Shown here: positions 54,376 through 62,897 of the stretch, one piece after another
How the letters are laid out: each line of letters begins with the position of its first letter
How positions within the stretch are numbered: the first letter of the stretch is position 1
DNA from: a virus
IMG/VR virus record: IMGVR_UViG_3300025154_000006
Location: 19,469-83,468 of that record
Length of the DNA stretch: 64,000 nucleotides
Reading direction: 5' to 3' (one strand)
The notes under the pieces: generated by a model
Told to the model about the DNA's origin: nothing
The model's database searches: none
What the model saw: the letters and a program-made list of their open reading frames with translations, nothing else
Translations under genes and position numbers: made by a program

Positions 54376-55442
54376 AACTACACTATTTTGATAAAATCTA
54401 TAACTTTGTAGAGATTTTCGATACTGAAACCGGATTTCATTACACTTCTGGTATTTTGACCGAAAGCGGTAAAGATAGTGGCGTTGATCCATTAATGCGT
54501 TCTTGGCCTGCACTTATGGACATAGGAATTATGGGTGGTTGTTCATCTTCTAAAGTTTGTCAAGTTGGTTGTTATCAACAAGGAAAGAATACGCCAAAGG
54601 GTCATATGTCAGTTGATCTTTTCCGCAAAATCATTGACGAAGCTGCGGGAAAGACTTTTTCTGTAGCCCTGGGTGGTTTTGGCAATCCAAATGAACATCC
54701 AAACTTTCTTGAGATTATTCGCTATGCCAGAATGAAGAATATTGCTCCGTCTTATACTACTGCCGGGACCAATCTAACAGACGCACAAGTACAGGTTACT
54801 AAACATTATTGTGGTGCTGTGGCAGTTTCGTGGCACGATCAACCATATACCTATGGCGCAATTGAGCGTTTTGTGAATGCCGGTTGTATTACTAATATTC
54901 ATTTTGTGGTAGGGAATAACACAATTGATGAAGCTATTAGACGTCTAGAAGAAAACGATTTTCCCAAGGGTATCTACGCTGTTATCTTCTTACTGTATAA
55001 GCCTGTTGGCAAGGGAATGCCAGAAAACCGTCTTAGGGTCACAGATCCGCGTATTCGTAGATTTTATGAACTGATTGAAGCGGAGCATCCCTTTAAGTGC
55101 GGTTTAGATAGTTGCCATATTCCTGGAGTTATGAACTTTACCAAGAACGTCGCTATAGAAAGCATTGTGCCGTGTGACGCCGCAAGATTTTCAATGTATA
55201 TAACACCAGATGGTTTTGCGTTACCGTGTTCATTTGATACCAACAATCGCCAGTATGCTGTTGACATTAAGGAAATCGGTATTCAGGGCGCCTGGGAAAG
55301 CGAGGCTTTTGAGAAATTTAGAAATCATTATAAAACTAGTTGTTCGCACTGCGAAATAAGTAAACGTCTTAACTGCCTTGGCGGATGTGGCCTAATGGCA
55401 GAACAAATCAATCTTTGTAAAGATTATTCTAAAGGAGAATAA
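54372..55442 (+). CDS. radical SAM/SPASM-domain protein
   Basis: CSSSKVCQVGCY cluster motif, GG.GNP; C-terminal CDAA..YITPDG...PC and CSHC...CLGGC. Confidence 0.9.
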   Translation: MKLHYFDKIYNFVEIFDTETGFHYTSGILTESGKDSGVDPLMRSWPALMDIGIMGGCSSSKVCQVGCYQQGKNTPKGHMSVDLFRKIIDEAAGKTFSVALGGFGNPNEHPNFLEIIRYARMKNIAPSYTTAGTNLTDAQVQVTKHYCGAVAVSWHDQPYTYGAIERFVNAGCITNIHFVVGNNTIDEAIRRLEENDFPKGIYAVIFLLYKPVGKGMPENRLRVTDPRIRRFYELIEAEHPFKCGLDSCHIPGVMNFTKNVAIESIVPCDAARFSMYITPDGFALPCSFDTNNRQYAVDIKEIGIQGAWESEAFEKFRNHYKTSCSHCEISKRLNCLGGCGLMAEQINLCKDYSKGE

Positions 55443-55443
55443 A

Positions 55444-55755
55444 ATGAAAATTCATATGTCTTTTGTAACAAATAGCAGCTCATCTTCATTTATCATTATT
55501 GGTACAAATAAACACAACGAGAAGTTTGTAGAAGACAGAGACATCAAAAGTGAACTTTTCTCTGAATTTGAACTTGTTTTCACGCATGAAGGTGATGATA
55601 ACGGCACGGTTTCTATTAGTAATGTCACAAAGCTTCTCTCTGAAATGACAATCCCGCAAGCCAAGCAATACTTTGTTAAAAAAGCCAGAGAGCATGGAAT
55701 TGATATTGATGTAAAAGATGTAACATTTGACTATGGAGGTTACTATAATGGCTAA
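55444..55755 (+). CDS. TNSSSSS-motif protein 1
   Basis: MKIHMSFVTNSSSSSFII. Confidence 0.8.
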   Translation: MKIHMSFVTNSSSSSFIIIGTNKHNEKFVEDRDIKSELFSEFELVFTHEGDDNGTVSISNVTKLLSEMTIPQAKQYFVKKAREHGIDIDVKDVTFDYGGYYNG

Positions 55756-56095
55756 GATCCGTTTATCTTTTGTAACGAACAGTTCTTCTTCGAGTTTTAT
55801 TCTTGCTATTAAAAACGATATTACTCGTGAAGAACTTGAAGAAATTGTAGCCAAGAGGATAAAAGATACCCAATTTTCTTCTGAATTTGATTACTATGAT
55901 GTTGAAACAGAAGAAGAGGCTATTGACAAAATTGTATCTTCGCTATTAGAGGATCTCAAATGTGCCATGGCGCTTGATAACTGGAAGGTACTTGGCGGAG
56001 ATTGCTCAAATGAAAGCGAAGATATTTTCAATGGCTTTATATATCAATGTGGTTTTGAAAACACAGAGAAAATCAAAAATAAGTTTTTTGACTAG
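55748..56095 (+). CDS. TNSSSSS-motif protein 2
   Basis: MAKIRLSFVTNSSSSSFIL. Confidence 0.8.
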   Translation: MAKIRLSFVTNSSSSSFILAIKNDITREELEEIVAKRIKDTQFSSEFDYYDVETEEEAIDKIVSSLLEDLKCAMALDNWKVLGGDCSNESEDIFNGFIYQCGFENTEKIKNKFFD

Positions 56096-56104
56096 GAGAT
56101 AAAA

Positions 56105-56539
56105 ATGTGCAAAATTCATTCATCGTTCATTACGAATAGTAGTAGTTCTAGTTTTGTTATTATTGGAAGAAAGAAATTACAAGATATTGCCTTTCAAGAA
56201 AGTATTCTTGTTGCAGGAAGCGAACTTGGAAAAATCGAATTTGGATGGGGACCAGAAACAATTCGAGATTGGGGAAGTCGTGTTAATTTTGCCTATCTGC
56301 AAACCCTATATCTTGGAGAAAATGGAAAGCAAAAACTTGAAATGCTCGAAAAGATTCTCCGAGAATGTCTTAAAGTAAAAGAAATCACCTGGAAACTCAC
56401 TATGGATGAAGGATATATTGATCATCAGTCGTCTGCGATTGAAGGAGAAAATCTTGAAATTTTTGAAAGTGAAGAACTCTTAAGGCAATTTCTGTTCGCG
56501 GAAGATTCTAAAATTGTTTTAAATAACGATAACTACTAA
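56105..56539 (+). CDS. TNSSSSS-motif protein 3
   Basis: MCKIHSSFITNSSSSSFVI...GYIDHQS. Confidence 0.8.
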   Translation: MCKIHSSFITNSSSSSFVIIGRKKLQDIAFQESILVAGSELGKIEFGWGPETIRDWGSRVNFAYLQTLYLGENGKQKLEMLEKILRECLKVKEITWKLTMDEGYIDHQSSAIEGENLEIFESEELLRQFLFAEDSKIVLNNDNY

Positions 56540-56558
56540 GCCATAAGGAGAAAATATC

Positions 56559-57089
56559 ATGGCCAACTATAACAAAGCAATTGAACAACTGGTTCGTACT
56601 TCTTGGGAAACTCACGCTTTGCAAGGATTTTGGAAGAAAGCTAATTTTGAAAAGACCGATCATGGTTGTTCGTTTATGCTTTATGAACGCGTAGAACTTG
56701 AAAAACCTTATTATTTTATTGCCCACGAATGGTTAAAAAAGCATGTTGATCCTGCTGGTATCTATACCAAGAAGCGCTCAGAGAAACTTTTTGCGCCACT
56801 TGCGGCAATGTTACAACAATCTCCATGGAGTGAAAACGATCTCAGGATTGGACAAAAAGTCTGGTTACTGCCTATTCGAGAAATATCAACAAAGTATCGC
56901 CGCGGAGAGATTGGCGAGATTGATATGCTCGAGAGTGACAGCATTGTTGATTTGATAAATTGTGCCGAAGAATATGGATATAGCGATTCGTACGGTTCTT
57001 GCTATTCTTTGGAAATTGTCATTGTGAAAGATGCTGACGGAAATTGGCACCCATTTGAGGCAAAAAAGGAAGCAACAAAAGATGAATAA
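56559..57089 (+). CDS. hypothetical protein
   Basis: AAGGAG RBS, 176 aa. Confidence 0.65.
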   Translation: MANYNKAIEQLVRTSWETHALQGFWKKANFEKTDHGCSFMLYERVELEKPYYFIAHEWLKKHVDPAGIYTKKRSEKLFAPLAAMLQQSPWSENDLRIGQKVWLLPIREISTKYRRGEIGEIDMLESDSIVDLINCAEEYGYSDSYGSCYSLEIVIVKDADGNWHPFEAKKEATKDE

Positions 57090-57438
57090 GCAACCCTGGT
57101 ATGTTCGTTTGACTATTACCGAATTTGAAAGTTCTACTGCGAATACTTCTCAGTCTCTTGCTTTTATGAAGGAAGCCAAAAAATGGCTAAAAGACTTTTG
57201 TGTAAATCGTAGATATACAAATTTCAAGTTCGGCATTGGTCACTTTTACTTCTCTGCTTTCTTCAAGGTTAGAGAACAGTGGTGGTATGTATCCAGCGGA
57301 GATTTACGTTGGTCATTTGGGACTATGCTGGTTCGTACTGCGAACTCGGACAAAGACTATACCGGCGGACGCAATCAGTCCGTGTATTATAACGAGAACT
57401 TTGAAGCCAATCTCTATAAAATTGTAAAAGGAGACTAG
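57082..57438 (+). CDS. conserved-looking phage hypothetical protein
   Basis: GHFYFSAF...YVSSGDLR...LVRTA...DYTGGRN. Confidence 0.65.
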   Translation: MNKQPWYVRLTITEFESSTANTSQSLAFMKEAKKWLKDFCVNRRYTNFKFGIGHFYFSAFFKVREQWWYVSSGDLRWSFGTMLVRTANSDKDYTGGRNQSVYYNENFEANLYKIVKGD

Positions 57439-57439
57439 A

Positions 57440-57763
57440 ATGGCGGCTAGTATTCTTACTATCTTTCAAGATATGATCTATCGTCCGGATGAAGCAAATT
57501 TCAAACATGCTCTTTCCTTCGCGCCAGGATGTGATAATTTAGAGGACCAAGATTGGCAAATGCTTGAAAGACTTGAGGGAGATCGTCTTTTTCAGAAGAT
57601 TGCTGATCTGTATCCAAAGTATTATCGTTTTTGGCGCTTGTATAAGAAACCTGGAACCGCTGAGGAATGGCAAGAAGTAAAGTGGAAAAACTATATGTAC
57701 GATATGAATGTAATGGCTGAAATTTTTGGCGAAGCACAAAAAGAAATATTAAAAGGAGACTAA
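57440..57763 (+). CDS. hypothetical protein
   Basis: AAGGAG RBS. Confidence 0.6.
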   Translation: MAASILTIFQDMIYRPDEANFKHALSFAPGCDNLEDQDWQMLERLEGDRLFQKIADLYPKYYRFWRLYKKPGTAEEWQEVKWKNYMYDMNVMAEIFGEAQKEILKGD

Positions 57764-57766
57764 GCC

Positions 57767-58111
57767 ATGAATGTACTAAAAGAAATCCAAAAGTTACTGA
57801 ACTATCTATATAATGACGAGAAGAAAAGTTGGGAAGAAGAGAATTGTCCAAAAGATCATACTTTCTTAACTGTGCAGAAAGTTTGGGCTTTTGTAAATAA
57901 ACCGTATCAAGTTATCGCTTTTCATAAGCGCGGAGTGTTCGAGCAGGCATTTAGCGATGATCTAAATATGCTTATGTTGGACATGGATAACATTGAAGAT
58001 AATCTTTGTCCTAAGTGTCGTGACCCGCTTGTTGATTATAAATGCAAGTTCTGTCAAATTGATTGGTCCAACTGGTCATATCAACAAATTGTAAACAAAT
58101 TAAACTCGTAA
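57767..58111 (+). CDS. hypothetical protein with C-terminal zinc ribbon
   Basis: CPKC...CKFC. Confidence 0.6.
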   Translation: MNVLKEIQKLLNYLYNDEKKSWEEENCPKDHTFLTVQKVWAFVNKPYQVIAFHKRGVFEQAFSDDLNMLMLDMDNIEDNLCPKCRDPLVDYKCKFCQIDWSNWSYQQIVNKLNS

Positions 58112-58162
58112 TTTTCACCAAAATAGCACTTTTCACCATTTGGTGAAAATAGGAGAAACAGA

Positions 58163-58528
58163 ATGATACAAGAACCTAAACTCATTATGCTTGACCTAAT
58201 AGCACTATCTGTTTGCGAAACAGTTGCAGAATTTATTCAACACTGGTATAGCGAGGAGCAAAAAGCACAACATTTTGAGGATTTATTCCGCGCCGAACTT
58301 GGTGGCTGGCTCGGGATTGCTACTTTCCATATTGAAATATGCGTTTATCTGGAACAGACAGTATTTAATGCTGGTGGCTGGAAAGAAATAACTACGGTTT
58401 TTGACGAGTTAATTGGTTCTGTGATTACCTTTATCTTTAATGCTATGTCGTCTAGCGCCAATACAGATACTCTAAAAAGACGAACAGAAGATTATATTCA
58501 ACAACTAATCAAAAAGGAGATAGAATGA
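58163..58528 (+). CDS. hypothetical protein
   Basis: AGGAG RBS. Confidence 0.6.
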   Translation: MIQEPKLIMLDLIALSVCETVAEFIQHWYSEEQKAQHFEDLFRAELGGWLGIATFHIEICVYLEQTVFNAGGWKEITTVFDELIGSVITFIFNAMSSSANTDTLKRRTEDYIQQLIKKEIE

Positions 58529-58794
58529 GTGGCATTCCAGAAGAACAAGATCATTTACCACACGATAAAGACTGTAAAGATCGAGAGAATTGTAATTGCG
58601 ATCATGTTATTTGTGGAGATTGTTGTTGGGAATGCAATCCTCCTAAAATTGGTAAATGTGTTGAATGTGGCCTAGAGCGCGAACTTGACAAGATTGACTA
58701 TTGCGCTGATTGTACTAGATTGATAGAAAGAGAGCGCGAAACGGGACGCTGTGGACATTGTGGGCGATTACTTTTAGAATGTAATTGTGACTAA
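58525..58794 (+). CDS. very Cys-rich small protein
   Basis: about 15 Cys in 89 aa. Confidence 0.6.
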   Translation: MSGIPEEQDHLPHDKDCKDRENCNCDHVICGDCCWECNPPKIGKCVECGLERELDKIDYCADCTRLIERERETGRCGHCGRLLLECNCD

Positions 58795-58820
58795 AAGTTT
58801 GCACTGCGAAAAACTGCTTA

Positions 58821-58848
58821 TTGACAATTTCCCATAAAGAGATAAAAT
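58821..58848 (+). promoter_or_regulatory. sigma70-type promoter
   Basis: TTGACA-16 nt-TAAAAT, 9 nt downstream of a palindrome copy. Confidence 0.7.
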
Positions 58849-58949
58849 TGTCTTGAGATTGCAATGTTCCAAAACACTAAAACAATTCATATTTTTGCCT
58901 ATTCTCTCTTGTAAAACAAGAGGAGTTTTGTCGTAGAGGAGAGTAATAC

Positions 58950-60023
58950 GTGACGCTACCTAAGTGGATTTTAAATCCTGACGATCCAAAGGCCGTTGAT
59001 TGGGCGGTAGCAGATCTAACGGCTTATTTCCATACCAAGATTATGGATGAGATCAATGAGATTGCCAAGAAAGAAGGACGTCCGGTAAAAGAGATCAAAG
59101 ATCTAACTAAACCCGAGAAGATGCGAATGCTCGCTCAGGCTATGCTTAGGGCAACTACGCAAGCGGGAAAGAACTCAGAACTGATTGAGCGAGCCTTCAA
59201 GCGAATTGCTTATAAAGCTATGCGATTACAGGCACACTACGAAGATAACGAAAGCACGTTCGAGGAATTTCTCGTAAACCGCTTGGGAGAAGTTCGCACT
59301 AAGGGCAGTTTATCGGAAGTTAGATTTATGTTGGAATTATTGGCCACGTTTGAAGATGCTGGAAACGTAGAATTCGTAGATAATCTCTTCAAAAGTGGAA
59401 AAAACTTTGCCAAATTTACTAAGGCAATTCCATACTTGCGAGAAAAACATAATGCCGTTGTTGTGATACAAGAACGTTCCAAAATCTTTCTTTCTGATCT
59501 AACAAAAGAGTTGTCTGTTCTTTCCCACGAAAAGAATAAAGCTAGTAAAGAAGAAGTTCCCGAAATTGAGAAGAAAATTGAGAAAAAGACTAAGGAACTT
59601 GAGAAAGATAAAAAAGAACACGAGAAAGCGCTAGGTGGTTTACAGAAAGAACTCGCGGATAGTCTATTTACCGCCGTAAGTCTTACCCACAATCCGCGCA
59701 TTGACGCTACTGGACCCCAGGGAATATCTAGGTTACTTCACCAGGGAATAAAAGTAAACGAAAAAGGAGAACTTGAGAAGGTTCCAGAAGAATTATTGCC
59801 ACTTACGCTAGTGGGCAAGCTTACTATTGAGAAAGTGTATGTCAATAACCATGTGGCTTTTGTCATTTCGGCACCTATGGACTTAGAGCGCGAAGTAGAA
59901 AGAGCAGTACGGAAATTTTCTGATATTCAGGTTACAGACGTAAAAGTTGTAATAAATTCTTTGATACGTGAGAGCAAAACGGAGAAATACTATAATGTGC
60001 AAAACTCAAGTTCGTCTGAATGA
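58950..60023 (+). CDS. helical / coiled-coil hypothetical protein
   Basis: 357 aa, GAGGAG RBS, GTG start, Lys/Glu-rich coil. Confidence 0.75.
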   Translation: MTLPKWILNPDDPKAVDWAVADLTAYFHTKIMDEINEIAKKEGRPVKEIKDLTKPEKMRMLAQAMLRATTQAGKNSELIERAFKRIAYKAMRLQAHYEDNESTFEEFLVNRLGEVRTKGSLSEVRFMLELLATFEDAGNVEFVDNLFKSGKNFAKFTKAIPYLREKHNAVVVIQERSKIFLSDLTKELSVLSHEKNKASKEEVPEIEKKIEKKTKELEKDKKEHEKALGGLQKELADSLFTAVSLTHNPRIDATGPQGISRLLHQGIKVNEKGELEKVPEELLPLTLVGKLTIEKVYVNNHVAFVISAPMDLEREVERAVRKFSDIQVTDVKVVINSLIRESKTEKYYNVQNSSSSE

Positions 60024-60348
60024 TATTACCCTTGTTACCGAAATCAATGGAGTTATTTTAGAGATTGCTTTTTTCGTGAACTATCCGTGGAAAAATGGTG
60101 TAGTTTATGTCAAAGATGCAGAAGAAAAGACCTTCCGTAGCGATCTAGCGCTTGTTTTAGAGGAGAAAAATGTTAGAGAGTATGTACTAGGCACTCATTT
60201 TGGTATTTCAACAAGTAATTACCACGATCTTACTAATAGAGAATTTGATTGGATCAAAGAAATGGTTGCTTTCTATGAAAGGAAACCAAATATTATTTTT
60301 AATATAGACATGCTTTTTCCAAGCCAGGAGACAAAATGTCACAAATAA
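59995..60348 (+). CDS. hypothetical protein
   Basis: GGAG RBS, overlapping operon packing. Confidence 0.55.
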   Translation: MCKTQVRLNDITLVTEINGVILEIAFFVNYPWKNGVVYVKDAEEKTFRSDLALVLEEKNVREYVLGTHFGISTSNYHDLTNREFDWIKEMVAFYERKPNIIFNIDMLFPSQETKCHK

Positions 60349-60605
60349 TTGATCCTTTTATTTATATTGCAAAGTTAGTCGGTGCAGAATGGGAAATAAA
60401 TGCTGGTTGTTTTTATGAAGAGAAATGTTATTATCTGATTGCCCAGGGCCACGGGCAAAGACTATTTGGTAAAGGTAATGATCTAATCCATGCTTTTATT
60501 GATATGAAAGAGAAGATCGAGGCTTGGAAACACGAACAAGAAGAACTTGATTATAAAGACGAACAAGATACTCGGGAATCGTTGCTTGTTGGAATGCATC
60601 CATAG
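60336..60605 (+). CDS. hypothetical protein
   Basis: AGGAG RBS. Confidence 0.55.
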   Translation: MSQIIDPFIYIAKLVGAEWEINAGCFYEEKCYYLIAQGHGQRLFGKGNDLIHAFIDMKEKIEAWKHEQEELDYKDEQDTRESLLVGMHP

Positions 60606-60613
60606 GAGGAAAA

Positions 60614-60826
60614 ATGAATGATGTTTTTAGCAACCTTATAGAAATGGCAAGAACTGGCGATACTTATAAAGCAGCGCAGTCTTATTCTGTTCTTATGAAC
60701 TTGCCCATACAGGAATGTCTAGAAACGATGAACAATATTCGTAAAACATTCCAAAAAGTTCGTATTGCAAATAAAGACGAGCAATTAGACAATTCAGATC
60801 AACAGGAGATAAACGATGGAAATTAA
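60614..60826 (+). CDS. small hypothetical protein
   Basis: AGGAGG RBS. Confidence 0.55.
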   Translation: MNDVFSNLIEMARTGDTYKAAQSYSVLMNLPIQECLETMNNIRKTFQKVRIANKDEQLDNSDQQEINDGN

Positions 60827-60854
60827 AGAATTACAAAAAGAATAGGAGGCTAGA

Positions 60855-61457
60855 ATGAACGAAGCATCTGTACGATTGGCTTTACACCACGCCTTGCAAT
60901 GGAGAGGATACTGGCCTAAACACGATAGCGATGGACGCAAATACCCTGTACCATGCGTAAAGTGTCATCGCGTGAATTGGCTTATGGTAACGCCAGAGAT
61001 CAAAGGTTTGCCAGACACCAATGGTCGTCATCCGCGGTTTCCTTCTCCACTGATTGAAGTCAAGGCGGTAAAAGCCACCGAACGATCCTTTGCTTTCAAT
61101 TCTATTACTCCCGAACAAAGAGAGTATTTGTCTGCCTGGGCAAAAGAAGGTGGCGGTAGTTATCTTTGTCTAGGTAAGATTGTGCCTATGGGAAGCAAAG
61201 AAAAGATACGCCAAATTTTAGTTATCCCTTGGTTGGAATGGCTAAAAATTGAGGATAATTATGACAAAAGTATTCCCTGGGATTATGCTCTTTACGAAAA
61301 GCAACCATCTCTACCACGGCAAAGCGATTTTATGAGTTTGGTATTCTCATGGTGGCATTTAGTTCGCACTGCGAACGAATGGCATTTTCCTGACGATCAT
61401 CCGCTTTCGGTTATACCTGAAATCGAAACGCCGTTTTTCAAGAAAGGCAAATTATGA
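60855..61457 (+). CDS. PD-(D/E)xK nuclease, RecU/Holliday junction resolvase-like
   Basis: MNE.., GLPD, LIEVK, ITPEQREYL..W...GG. Confidence 0.75.
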   Translation: MNEASVRLALHHALQWRGYWPKHDSDGRKYPVPCVKCHRVNWLMVTPEIKGLPDTNGRHPRFPSPLIEVKAVKATERSFAFNSITPEQREYLSAWAKEGGGSYLCLGKIVPMGSKEKIRQILVIPWLEWLKIEDNYDKSIPWDYALYEKQPSLPRQSDFMSLVFSWWHLVRTANEWHFPDDHPLSVIPEIETPFFKKGKL

Positions 61458-62134
61458 CTAGTGGAATTTATCAAATAAAGAATAAGGTAAACAATAAGAT
61501 ATATATTGGCCAAGCCATCAACTTAAGTAAAAGAAAAGCCGAACATTGGAGTTGCCTGCGAGGTAAATACCATTACAATTCTCATCTACAGCGTGCCTGG
61601 GATAAATACGGCGAAGAAAATTTTAGATTTATAATATTGCTTTGTTGCGAATCGGCAGAATTGTCTTATTATGAACAAGTGTTGGTAAATTTATTAAATC
61701 CGAAATATAATATTCAAAAAGAGTGTACAACTAGTCCGTTAGGAACAAAACTTTCCAAAGAACACAAGGCAAAAATCTCAAAAAGCCTTAAGGGAATTAA
61801 GCGCTCTCAACAAACTAGAGAAAAAATTTCAAGATGTCGTAAAGGAATAATATTTTCAGATGAACATAAGAGGCACTTACGTGAAAATCATGTCGGTAAT
61901 TTAGGTAAGCATTGTTCTGAAGAAACAATACAAAAAATGGCCCTTGCTCAGAAAGGCGACAAGAATCACATGTTTGGTAAACATATTTCCGAGGAGCATA
62001 AACAAAAAATATCAATGTCTAACAAAGGTAACAAAAGGTTACTGGGATATAAACAATCGGATGAACACAGAAGACATATATCAGAATCTATGTTAGCGAG
62101 ACAAAATGAAACCAGAACCCAAGAAGATACATAG
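61454..62134 (+). CDS. GIY-YIG homing endonuclease with NUMOD3 repeats
   Basis: SGIYQIKN...IYIGQA; repeated SEEHK.KIS. Confidence 0.92.
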   Translation: MTSGIYQIKNKVNNKIYIGQAINLSKRKAEHWSCLRGKYHYNSHLQRAWDKYGEENFRFIILLCCESAELSYYEQVLVNLLNPKYNIQKECTTSPLGTKLSKEHKAKISKSLKGIKRSQQTREKISRCRKGIIFSDEHKRHLRENHVGNLGKHCSEETIQKMALAQKGDKNHMFGKHISEEHKQKISMSNKGNKRLLGYKQSDEHRRHISESMLARQNETRTQEDT

Positions 62135-62312
62135 AGCAAGGCGATCCGTAGAAGACCGATTGGAAAATATTGTTTATTCAGAAGCGCTTGTTGAATTTAT
62201 GACGGTTGGACACGATGTGGTTCTGCCTAAACAATTGCTTTTTCAACTTCTAAAACGCGCCTATGATATGGGCAAACGAGATACATTAAACAAACAAGGA
62301 GACATAAAATGA
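62106..62312 (+). CDS. small hypothetical protein
   Basis: ORF overlapping the endonuclease end and coupled to the next gene. Confidence 0.5.
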   Translation: MKPEPKKIHRARRSVEDRLENIVYSEALVEFMTVGHDVVLPKQLLFQLLKRAYDMGKRDTLNKQGDIK

Positions 62313-62860
62313 CTAAGGTATATAATGTTGGCGATATGGTTTGGGTTGCGAATTTTAGAAGCGAAGAGATAAAAGTTCCGTGTCCGGTTTGCTATGGAAA
62401 TAAACACGTTGTTGTTGTTTTAGGAAATGGCGAAAAGGTTGAAGTAGAATGCGACTATTGCGGACATGGATTTGAAGGACTGCGTGGTTATGTTGTCGAG
62501 TATCAATATCTTCCAAGCGTTGAATACATTTCGATTACAGGCAAAGAAGTAAAAAAAACGCAAAAAGGTATTGAGATTGAATATAATCATCTTCTTTCTG
62601 GTGAATATGGTCATAGTTATAGCAGTATGCGCTTAAAGGATATTTTTGATACAGAAGAAGAAGCGCATCAATTTGCCATAGAAAAAGCAGAGAAATACCA
62701 ATCGGAACAAGACAACAAAATCAAATATAAAAACGAGAAAAGTTATACCTGGAATGCTGGTTATCATATGCGAGAAGCAAAATCAAAACAGCACGATGCC
62801 GAATATCATCTTAAAAAAGCACAACTTTGTAAACAGAAATCTAAGTCTGATCAACCTTAA
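62309..62860 (+). CDS. protein with DnaJ-like CxxCxG zinc finger
   Basis: CPVCYG...CDYCGHG. Confidence 0.65.
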   Translation: MTKVYNVGDMVWVANFRSEEIKVPCPVCYGNKHVVVVLGNGEKVEVECDYCGHGFEGLRGYVVEYQYLPSVEYISITGKEVKKTQKGIEIEYNHLLSGEYGHSYSSMRLKDIFDTEEEAHQFAIEKAEKYQSEQDNKIKYKNEKSYTWNAGYHMREAKSKQHDAEYHLKKAQLCKQKSKSDQP

Positions 62861-62897
62861 TCCATAAACCAAACCATATATCATAAGGAGATATACA

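Larger units (their letters stand above)
3427..61376. repeat. dispersed 15-bp palindrome GTTCGCAnTGCGAAC (at least 21 copies; span gives first to last copy)
   Basis: copies start at 3427, 12989, 17675, 23084, 24271, 28941, 29646, 36229, 36730, 39648, 43031, 43717, 44879, 46421, 48177, 49381, 54109, 55342, 57331, 58797, 61362. Confidence 0.92.

Noticed and set aside
47807-60772. Weaker palindrome-like matches at 47807, 57131 and 60758
   Set aside because: Three mismatches or an indel; left out of the count because they could be chance matches.
3427-61376. Palindrome copies as a CRISPR array or as a canonical LexA box
   Set aside because: Copies are only 15 bp, irregularly dispersed over kilobases with no spacer periodicity and no cas genes; half-site orientation and spacing differ from GAAC-N4-GTTC.
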